From Octopus bimaculoides (taxonomy: Eukaryota), in the NCBI RefSeq assembly GCF_001194135.2, contig NC_068999.1, forward strand, positions 2,366,046 through 2,430,045: a DNA stretch of 64,000 bases, in the 5' to 3' direction. A program made the translations under genes and the position numbers. Positions 1 to 11,572 of the stretch are shown here, one piece after another; position 1 is the first letter of the stretch, and every line of letters begins with the position of its first letter. The notes below the pieces were generated by a model that had not been told where the DNA came from, searched no databases, and saw only the letters and a program-made list of their open reading frames with translations.

Positions 1-89
1 ATATACATGTATGCATATATATCTATACATATACGTGTACATATACATCTATATATATATATATACATATACATCTCTCTCTCTCTCTC

Positions 90-413
90 TGAAAGTATCT
101 GTCATTACAGTATCGAAATGTGATTGTTTCAGTTAGCGGAATAGTTCCATTTTTAAAGTGAAAGTATTTGACATGAGTGTTTTTGTTTCACTTTTGACAT
201 ATAAAACTTAAATAGTGGAGGAGATATTATGTTGCCGTGGGCTCGAACTCTGCAAGAAGTTAAAAAATTTTTTTTGACTAAAACACAACTGGAACCCTAA
301 GTAAGGCATGTGTAAAATTTGAATGAAATTGGTTGCGTAATTCTCGAGTTTTAGGGATACACACACACACACACAGACAGACAAACAGACATTCTCATTT
401 TTATATATATAGA
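90..413 (+). mobile_element. Helitron/Helentron-like non-autonomous element remnant
   Basis: Ends in AATTGGTTGCGTAATTCTCGAG...(CA)n(CAGA)n-CATTCTCATTTTTATATATATAGAT, an architecture like the 3' ends of DINE-1/Lep1-type rolling-circle elements. Recognised by pattern only. Confidence 0.5.
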
Positions 414-1090
414 TAATGTTGTGGCGTCACCGAAGACTATTTCGATTTCCTAATAATTTACAGGATTTTATTTTTTCCCCTTTACTATAACAATAGTGAT
501 CCTCCACCCCGTTGGTAAGTGTCAATCATCTTAACTAAACTACGTCAATAAAATAGCAGCGCCAATATATAATTATAGATATTTAAGAAATTATTATTAT
601 TCAGTTTGGATTAAAAAAAAAAATGGCAGAAATGTAACGTTTCTTGCGTTATTTTTTCTTCCAACATGGGAATTTGAAAATGCCAAATTAACAAACACGC
701 ACTTGTTTATAATCAGATCTAAGGAAAGAGCGAATCTCCACACTTTCTTCCATTCTACAAACAACAATCGCGAAAATAACAACCGTTTTATTTTAATAAC
801 AAATGAATTTGCCACAAGATATAAACGAAGAGAAATATTATAGAATACAAAATCGCACAGAGAGTCATTGTAATAATAATAATCGTTTCCGTATGAATCA
901 TTTTTTTCAGAAAATGCTGCTGGTCTGCAATGTTTTGGGTGGATGGAGTTGTTTAAAAAGAACAAAAATGTACAAAACAAGAAAAGCGATTGACCATTCA
1001 TTGATCCATCGATTTTCAAGTGAAATTTCTCAAAAGAGAAAGTTGGCGCTTACCCGACAGGTTGTCAGAGATCTTAGATGGGCCACTTAC

Positions 1091-1140
1091 CTCCTCCTGG
1101 GTCTTCACTCTCTGATTAATTGATGTAAGCGACCCAAGCT
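1091..1140 (-). other. Candidate first (5'UTR) exon of a gene divergent from TATDN1, continuing off the window start
   Basis: Minus-strand GGAGGAG|GTAAGT donor at 1090 and a second GG|GTAAGC donor at 1053. A CT-rich tract lies upstream (1141-1240), and the exon carries the same 14-mer found upstream of TATDN1. No coding sequence identified. Confidence 0.4.
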
Positions 1141-2738
1141 TTCAGAAAGGGAGAGATTGATAGAGAAAGGGAGAAACAAGAGCGAGAGAAAGGGATAGGA
1201 GAGACGAGATAGAGAGGGTGAAAAGAGAGAGAGAGAGCGATAATATTATTACGGCCATTATGAATTATGAGGTAGCCTCTATTTCGTAGCTAGAAATAGC
1301 AGCCACATTTCATTCAACCCCCACCATACAATCTTATAAAAGAGCGGGAGCAGTGATCAGAGTATGCCATGAAATGTCAAAAGAAAATGGATTTAGTTGA
1401 TCTAAATCGTGTTAAGTCAGGGCTAACCTGGGTTTTAAACAGGAACTGTGTACAAATAAAATTCTACACCATTAAACCATCTTTTAGAGTCAGGGAGTCA
1501 ACGAAGTCCCAGCCAAGATCTAATTGTTTTAGGAAAATGAATATAATTTGTTTTCATGAAATTTTATATAAAAACCTTGCAAACGGCATAGATTACGATA
1601 AAAGACTTTTGAAGTGAAAGAAATTAAAGATCTCCTGTACCATGGAGAGAAACAAATTCATAAATAGAGTGCTGAACGGAGTTTCACTGTGGGAAAAGAG
1701 TTAAGGACGATTTAGCTGTTGTTTCTAGCATATCTCCACCATTGGGATCTTTTTAAAAACCTTTTTCTATTATTTCGTTTTTATTTGGTATGCAAGATTC
1801 TTTATGTGAATTCGTGTGTTGAAGCATATTTTTATTGTATCTGGGAAGAGTTATTCTGTTTTAATGCCTGATTAACACACGCACACCGGTTCTATTTCCA
1901 CTCATTTACTTTTTCTATTACTCAAACGAAAAATAAATGAATCTAATAAATTTTTTTTAAACCATTTTTTTCCCATTACATTCAAGCAACAAAACAATTT
2001 ATGAATTTCTTTCTCATCGAAAGTCCTCGGAAAAAAGTTTCCCCACAAATTTCTTTATAATCGTAATCTATGCCATTTGAAAGGTATTTATATAAAATTT
2101 CATTTTCCTAAAAGTTAGGGAAAAAATCGCATTTTGTGAATTTTCCGAAAGTCCTCTCCCCACCCCCGGTTCGTTGGTGCAATTTTTTGTTTTCATATTA
2201 ATTTATTACATTTTTTTACACCTATTACACCTTTTTGTTTTTTGGTGGCTGGGTGTTTTAAACGTTTTGCCAATAGATATCTATTTTAAATATTATTTCA
2301 AGCAAAATCGCTTAGACAGTTGGGGGAATCTAAATAAAGTATTTTAATATGAAGGAAGCAGAAACTACTCGCATTCTTAGATCTACTCTAAGAGTCAATA
2401 GTTCGGGATTTTAAGGATGAAACAACCATCAACAAGGGTTTAGAGAATCATTGCAAAGTCAGAACGAAAGAAGAAGCAAACGCGAGGAATTTTTAGACAT
2501 TTGTAAAATAAGATAAAAGTTCCGTGAGAAATGCGACTCCCTTAAACTCTCATTTAAAAATTATCAAAACATTTCTAATTAAAACTGGCTTCTTCTCACA
2601 ACATATCAACTCATTTTAGTAATTCTATTAACCATGTTGACGACCCTGACCATGAATAGCCTTTTTCGGATTTCATTTATTTATTTATTGTAATTAAAAG
2701 TTTGTTAATTAAAATAGAAAAGCTAAGTTTTTTTGCGA

Positions 2739-2797
2739 GGTCGCTTACATCATAGCTCCACGCACTAACACCACTATATTCGTGTATATAAGCGACC
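2739..2797 (+). promoter_or_regulatory. Candidate TATDN1 promoter motif pair (GGTCGCTTACATCA and inverted TAAGCGACC)
   Basis: GGTCGCTTACATCA at 2739-2752 and TAAGCGACC at 2789-2797, about 50-150 bp upstream of the TATDN1 start codons. The exact reverse complement of the 14-mer lies at 1121-1134. Confidence 0.4.
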
Positions 2798-2886
2798 ATT
2801 CAATTAAACTCCGTCCCAAGATAGAGGCAAGTGCATTGGCTTGGATGATTAATTCACGTCGAGTTGTTACGCGTCTAATTACCAAC

Positions 2887-5800
2887 ATGTTCAAGTTTAT
2901 TGGTAGGTTCTTCATTCACTCTAGTTTTATAACAAATAAATCAGCACAGCTCTTATTGGCCTTAGTGATACGTCCCAGTACGTTTTGAGTTCAAATCCTG
3001 TCGAAGAGGAGTTTTCCTTCCCATCCTTCTGAAGTCGTTTAAATAAAATTAAGCATTAGTCAAATACTGAAGTGGATTTAATGTTGCTATATAGCATCCT
3101 AGATGCGAACAGAAGTATAATAGACTAACCCTCTCTCTAAATAGGTGGCTTTGTGCATGTGTTTGGTAGGAATACGATTAAAATCACAATACATAAAAAA
3201 AAAGCGCCAACATTGCGCCAAATTGGTTGATTAATTACACGGGAATATGGGTGTAATTGAATGAAAATGTGATTGTGTAGCATCTAAACCTTCAGAAAGT
3301 ACAGCGACACAAAGTGAAATTTTGCCGATGAAACTGATTGAAGGCCATGAAAAGCACAGGGAAACACAACGTGGCATATATTCACCAGGACCGGCATATT
3401 AGAACACGGTAAACAGATGGGAAACTGACGTTAAATGATTAATGATGATAATTAAAAGTGTACTACATAGTAACAAGTAAACATTGACGGCGACCTTTAA
3501 CGTCACACTGACTAGAAACGGTTAACAGTAACGACCATGAACTCTTGATGTCCTACCAATATGATAAAGACACCCGAATTTTGGGAGTCAAACTTAATAG
3601 TCAGACATAGGGCGCACACAGATTCGCATATAAATGACGCGAATGGAGATAAAAACTGAAGAAATAGCTCAGACCGTCCACCTTGATACCAGTTGACAAG
3701 TCGACTTATTTACATCAAGAACACATTGTATAAGGTTGACTTAGCCGTGGTTTCGATCTAGGCTGTGTGCATTTAAACTTTTTGAATTAGGATTTCAACA
3801 ATTATAAAACAGAAACTAATAGCAAATTCGGACTGACTGTATTTTAATACTGTGATGAAAAAAAAAAAATTCGGAAAAAGTGTGAAAATTTATGAGGGGC
3901 GGGGATTAGAGAAAATCTTTTCATAACCGAACAAATTCCAGTGTGTATAACAAATTCGCATGTGGGGTTATATGGTGTACTGCGATTAGAATCCCGCCGA
4001 AAATGCTATGTAATCGACATAATCGTAATCTACACTCTAAAAACGTATCTTTGTAAAATATCACTCAAAAATATGCATTTTATATATATAGTTATGCCTT
4101 TATATATATAGTCAAAGATACTGTCGCGTGCGGTTCGTGCAGTTTCGCTTTCCGCCAAACCAATTCCGGTTTTTATAATCAATCACAGACACATCCACGG
4201 TGCGGAATATGGTCAAATGGTAGCAACACATGCAGCCCATAAAACCACTAATTCATTTTTGTTAAATTTATATTCCTAGAAAAATGAAATATTGAATTAA
4301 CGGCAGACAATGCCGAAATATTATCGAATCGTCTTACCGTCTTCTTTAAGATTACAATTGTTATAATAGTCTTCCTTTGAATTTAAATGTTACAACTTCA
4401 GAATTAATCATTATTATTATTATTGATATATTTCTTCTAAATGTTTTAACCAACAACCAAAAAGGTGGGGTCGGGTATTTACCCCAGATCTTTACTAATT
4501 GTTCAGGGAGATTTGATTGCTATTTCTAGCCGATAAAAATGACCACTTATTTTCCAAACAATATCAAACAATGAAATAGCTTCGTTAAAATAATTTCAGT
4601 TTTTTTCTTTTTATCAAGTTTCGATCTCTTATGTTAAAAAAAAAAAGTTCTTTCTATCTTTGTTATAAATATTTGAGAAAGATAGTGGGTGAGGTGGGGA
4701 TTCGGTAGCTCTAGACTGAGGGATATTTGGCTGCTATTTCTAGTAGAGTGGGCCTCCCTGAAGAGTGAAGCTCCCACTTTCAGAACTGTTGTAGTTTAAG
4801 GGCCAGACCAGCTTTGGTTAATGCAGAATTACAATCAAAGGTAATTCAACCGTAATCACCTACCTTTAATATCAATCACAGGATAATGTAGTCCTTAAGG
4901 ATGCTTCGGGTGTGATTTCAGAGATTTGGTTGCTATTTTTAACAAGTCAAACGATCACACAGGGACAGGCCCCTTCGAAAAGAATAATCTTTTGTTCTCA
5001 AATAAATGATTATTACTACTACTACTACTACTATTAATATAGCCACCACAGTGGATAATTATTATGAAGTTTATACATTACTCAGTTTGACTGCCACGCT
5101 GCCGTGTTGTTCGAGTTCGTTTTAATTCAATTAATTAAATAGAAAACAGAATAATGTCAAGTTAAACTTGCTTTTTTTTTTATTTACAAAATCTAGAAGT
5201 TTGTAATCGTTTTTATTTACAAACAAGACACGAAAAGAAAAACCTGTAACAGCTAAACGAAAATATTCTGAGAATGAGCAAATGAAGACTCGATTCTTAA
5301 GACTGTTTAGATTTTATGTAGAAACAAAAAGTTTTAATCAAATCATTCCTTGAGTACAAGGAAAGGTACTGCAGATATGTTTATAAACAAGTGAAAAGGT
5401 CCCGTTTCAAGTCCTCTAGAGAAGACATTCCGTCATCAAAATATTTATAAGACAGGGAAGTGTAGCATTCGTTTCTTCTTACTTCCAAGGCCATTCAAAT
5501 AAGCTTTTTTGCTTTTAAGAAATATGTCGAACTATTTCGCAAGACATATATATAACTTGAACGTATAAAGAGTTCCTTGCTATTCAAGGACCAGAAAGAT
5601 CGGAGAACATTTTAAAAGAGAGATTAGATGAATGGATGGACCAAGATTTTTAAAAATAAAATATTGTTGCCGTTGTTTGTTTAACACCAGGTCAACTCTG
5701 AGTGAGTACAACCTATGATCATAAGTCCATCCTAACCATGACTGTCCCGTCTTTGTAAAAGTAATATAAGGACTCTCATAGTTAGATATGTCCTTTCTTG

Positions 5801-7502
5801 TTTGGAGTGTGACTTGGCTATTATTTTTAGCAGGTCTATAGAGCAGCGGTTCTTCACCGCTGCTCGCTCCCAGGGCCGCATGCAGCCCTCAAAAATCCTT
5901 CTAGAACCCCCTCCTCACGATGGTCTTCTCTTTATAAATATAACATTTTCTTTAATTCAGTTATATCTTTTTTTTTTTTTTTTGGTGCGACCCCCTAAAA
6001 AAAAAAATTAAGTTTTTTGATCTGGTCCTGATATTAAAACGGTTAAGAACAAATAACCTAGAAGCTTCCTCGTGGTTATATTGTTGCTGTCAACGGTAGT
6101 GATGGTGCATTATTTGGCGTTGACCGGGAATCGAAACCGGTCGCCAATGAAATGAACAATTACATAAATAAAAATTTTAAATTCACACAAACAAAACAAA
6201 TGTGAATGAAATTAATTTACCGCGGAAGGACATTTTAAAGTTAAAATCCATACATTTACGTTCCTTGAATGATAGATATCGATATTATTGTTGTACTTAC
6301 CATCTTTAGAAGAGGGTTCACTGTTGCTTTTTTTGCAAAACAACAGTAAATAACCAGAAGTTCCGTCCTGACTTCCACCCCAGCCAGCTTAACACTGGAC
6401 ACCTACGTGACGTAATTAATGATTCCGATCACTGACCAATCGCTGTTTACTAAACCGGCTGAAGCCGCAGCTCATTGGTCACTTTGATTTTAATTCACTC
6501 AGCATCTGACACACTTTCTTCCAGATGCCTCCATTAGATATTTCCTTCAACTTCGTTAAAACTTCCGACAACAACAGCCTGTTGTGTGTGTGTGTTTGAT
6601 TGTATGAAACACTGAGAGATCATGTGTGTGAAAACGTGTTTGTTTCCTTTAACATGTATGTAGATATATACATATATATATATATATAGACTATGTGTAT
6701 CTTGGTATCATTGTATATGGAGAAGAAAGACAGGTATTATGTAATATACAAATATGAATTAGTGTTGAAATAGACATGCCGGCGTCGGAGGGGCAACAGG
6801 TAAATTCCCGCCACCCGTTGAAATGTCGATGCAGTTTCGATTCCTTAAGCTTCCTCAGATTTTTTTCTTTTTACTCTTCTTTGCTTTTTTTTTTAATGAT
6901 CTTTAGAAAAGAAATTAGTGATTATCTGTAGAAATAGACAGAAATGGTTAAAAGAAGACAGTACTCAATATGTTATTGAGTGTGCGTATTATTTGTTCAT
7001 ATATATAAATACACATACATGTATATATATATCTTTTACTTAGCCTGCGGCCATACTGGAGTGCCTTGGCTGGTTTAATCGAACACATCGATCCCTGTAC
7101 TTTTTTTCTAAGCCTTGTGCAGATTCTATCGGTCCCTTCTTTTTTGCCTAACCTTCAGTGACGTTGACATAAACAAACCAACACCGGTTGCGAAGCTATG
7201 GTGGGAGACAAATACAAACATGCACACAGGAGATATATAAACAAACGACTAACTGTTTAACGAAGTTAAATAATTCGTTTGGATATTTAACCAATTGATT
7301 AATAATAAAACTGAGTGGAATTAAACCGGTGCATGTGTTAATATTGGCATAATGATTCTCCTTAGACACAACAATATATATTCCGGTCATTTCAAAATGT
7401 AACCACGTGTCCCTTCCTTCGAACTTGCCATCCCTTCCTGACCGTCTGATAATACAGTTCCTTGTTTGTTCTTCATTGTTTATATTCATATATATGTGTA
7501 TA

Positions 7503-7542
<40 letters not shown>

Positions 7543-7857
7543 TCATTGACATTTCAACAGGTGGCAGGAATTTACCTGTTGCCCCTCCGACACCGACATC
7601 CCTATTTCAACACTAATTCATATTTGTGTATTACATAATACCTGTCTTTCTTCCCCTTATACAATGATACCAAGATATACACTCGCCATGATAGATCGCT
7701 AGCCACTACACATTCTTCGATTTCTCTCCCTGTTTCTTTCTGTGTAAGAGCGTAGGCTCGAAACGTTAAAAACTTTTTCACTTCCCAAGCGTTATACTAA
7801 TACATCTGTTTGTTGTCTACACCACCTGCCTTCATCTTTTGTGTTTTTGTGAATTCT

Positions 7858-7892
<35 letters not shown>

Positions 7893-8328
7893 AAGATGAT
7901 AATTCAGGTTATTTCTGTTACTCCCATACTTTTAAGCAGAAGCAAAAATAAGAATAGACAGAGTTATATAAAATGTGCTGTCACTAGTTTCTTTCAATCT
8001 CCAAATATATCTGGAAAAACCGGCTGAAAACTTCTTGTTTGGATTAACTTATGAATGTTTTTGTAATATCTAGTTGAAAATTCAATCTGTATGCATACAC
8101 AGATGCACACACAAATTCACTTTTTGTACCTCTTTATAAAATGTAGTGTTTACTATTCATTTGATGCATATATGTTTTTAGATACACTTGTACGAAATAT
8201 TTTTTAAAATTTGCTTCATTATTATTGATGTTGTTTAAATATTTACAGATATTGGAGCAAACTTAACAGGTAAGTGCAAATTTTCAATGTCTTGTTTCTC
8301 ATAGGCTTAGACAGGAAATTGTGTTAGA

Positions 8329-8360
<32 letters not shown>

Positions 8361-8624
8361 ATCATTATCAACGTCATTTTTCAATACTTGCATGGGTCAG
8401 ACAAAATTCATTGAGACAGATTTTCTAAGGCCGGATGCCTTTTTTGTTGCCAACCAACTCCTGTTTCCAAGCAAGTTAGTATTTCTCCATGGCCAAACAT
8501 GTTTTCATGGAAGATTGAAAATGAACAGCACTGCCTGTATGTCAGTTACACTGGTTGACAATTATTGCACACACACACACACATTATCTGATGGAAACTG
8601 AAAGAAGCCACTTGTATGTATATT

Positions 8625-8677
<53 letters not shown>

Positions 8678-8718
8678 TGTATGTGTATATATATACATAT
8701 GTATGTGTATATATATAC

Positions 8719-8803
<85 letters not shown>

Positions 8804-10557
8804 CATATATATGTATGTATATTTAATATACATACAAGTGGCTTCTTTCAGTTTCCATCAGATAATTGCTCAAGATGCCATGAGGTAGGACTAAGCCTGA
8901 AACAATATAATTTAGAGGCAAATATCTTGACCGCACAAATGATAAAAGCATGTAACTACATGCTTTTATCAAAGAGAAAAAAAAAAGAACTTTAACCTTC
9001 ATCAGCTGTCTTACAAAGTTTTCTGACAGTTTCTGCACCTTGAGATAGACCTACTTCTTTAACGGCATTAACAACCATTGGATATAGTTGTTAGGCACTT
9101 GATACAGTGAAGACAAGACAAGAAAAGGAGGATAATCATGTAACTGAGTCTTAGTGACTGGGATGAAGAAATTACAAGGATAGGGACAAAGTTTATGGTT
9201 AAGACTAGCAACAAAGACAGAAAAAATACGTGTTTTAATCATTCTCATTTCATTTTTCTTGTAGATCCGATGTATGAAGGATGCTACCATGGTTCCAAAA
9301 AACATGAAGGTAAGTCATTCATCTTATTATTTATTTGTGTGTGTGTGAGAGAAGAAGAGTCACAGTTGGTCATATCACTAGAGTATTGAAGTATGGTTAA
9401 TGACTCAATCATTTCTGTTACCATGGAATTCTTTATCACTTTATTCCAGGTGACTTAGATGAGGTGCTAAAAAGAGCTTTTAATCAAGGACTTGAAAAGG
9501 TTTGTATGAGTCTTTCTTTTTGTATCTGTCTATCTATCTGTCTGTCTATCTATCTATCCATCCATCCATCTGTCTATCTGTCTGTCTATCTATCTGTCTA
9601 TCTATCTATCTACCTATCTATCTATGGAATGATGATGATGATGGCATATGATAATGAAGAATTTAGAAAGATATGTTTGCCATTATTAAGCTAATGCTTA
9701 GAATGTAAATTTTCATGAAGTTTTAAGTAAAGGTTTTTATTTAGATCACTTTTACACTGAACGTTTGTCTAATAGAAGAAGGGATGGTTACCATATTTCT
9801 GTTGTTTCAAATAATTTTGAAAATAATGAAGAACTTTGTCTTTAATAAGGTGGTATTTGCAACTTAAATTAACATGAAATTCTAATAGGTTTTAATTCAG
9901 ATCACTTAATAATAATAACTTTGTCCTATTAGGAGCAATCTCTGGCAGGTTTATCAGATGGCCAGTTTGTTTGACTGATATTTCTAGCAGATCAACTGAC
10001 TGCACAGAGACTTTCTATGTATTGATTTTAGATTGATTTAGGTCTGTTTCATCAGAGCTAACCCCCAGCTGCACAACAAGAACAACAACTACAATTAAGA
10101 CTAATATGCCCTCTTTTTCAGATTATGGTAACAGGGGGAAACCTTGAAGAATCTCAAAAGGGCCTGGAATTGGCCAAGACACATGGTTTGTGAATTTTTG
10201 TAAATTTCCTTCACAAAAATATCTATTTATTTTATATTTTATATAAAGGCCATAATATTTGTCCTATTTCTAGAACGTTTGTTCAGCACTGCTGGATGTC
10301 ATCCCACAAGATGTGGGGAGTTTGAAGAATCTGGTGACCCTGAGAAATACATCAAGGATTTAACGACCCTTATCTTGTCCAACAAGGACAAAATTGTGGC
10401 TGTTGGGGAATGTGGCTTAGGTGAGTTTATATTACTCTTACTCTTTACTTCTCTCTCTCTCTCTCAGTCTCTCTCTCTATATATATATGTGTATTGTGTA
10501 ATTAAATAATATATATCTCTCACCAGGTGGAGTATGTTTTTGTTGATCACAGAATAG

Positions 10558-10628
<71 letters not shown>

Positions 10629-11537
10629 CATACATATTTATGTATGTATGTATGAGTTTTCAACCAATAAACCATCATATCTTAATCACCATCACCATCA
10701 CCACCACCATCACCACCCTCGTCTTTCATTAAAATTCCATTTCTTATATTTTTCAGATTACGATCGTCTGAATTTCTGTCCAAAAGACATTCAACTGAAG
10801 TAAGTAACACACTTTGTACTATGTTGTTGTTTTGATGTTATTTTTTGTTGATGTTGTAGGTTTATGGTCAAGACATAGTTCAGCCATGCCCATCCAGTCA
10901 AATTCTTTATGTTCAGAGAACCCAGGACCATGTTATCCAATGCGTCCTTTATTTTAAGACAATGAGATGTGATTGGAGAGAGAGAGAGATGGTGATTATT
11001 ATTATTATTATTATTATTATTATGAAGCTGGCAAAATCGTTAGCACACCTAGCAAATTGCTTTGCAACATTTCATCCATCTTTATATTCTAAATCCAAAT
11101 TCTGCCGAGCTCAGCTTTGACTTTCATCCTTTTGGGGGTCTTGCCCATGGCTCCATTCTGAGTTTTGCTGGCCTTGTGCCAAAATTTGCAATCATTATTA
11201 CCTCTGCCGTATCAAAGGCACAGGTATTGTTTTCAGTCTTGTTTGTTTGTCTGTGGACAAGATTTCTCAAGAACCACTTTTGGATAAAACTTTCAAGGAT
11301 GTTTGGCCTTGTGAATAGCACGAACTGATTAGATTTTGAGATCGATCTGGTACCGGACAAGGGTTCTGGATTATTTCTCTGTTTTTTTTTACTTAATTTT
11401 TGAGAGCGGTTGGGTTCATTTTCAGTATTCTTGTCTGTGAGAGAATTCGAGTTTATTTCAGATATTCTCATTTTAAAAATCATCTCCGGCTAATCATTGA
11501 GAGGATGCTGGTGGAGGTTTGCACTCTCTGAGTGCTC

Positions 11538-11572
<35 letters not shown>

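Noticed and set aside
7196-9038. ORFs with YIYIYI / HTHT / CVCV runs (also near 25313-26136, 30352-31589, 35996-36789 and 52279-52703)
   Set aside because: They are translations of (TA)n/(CA)n microsatellites or run through N-gaps; only the embedded true exons were kept.
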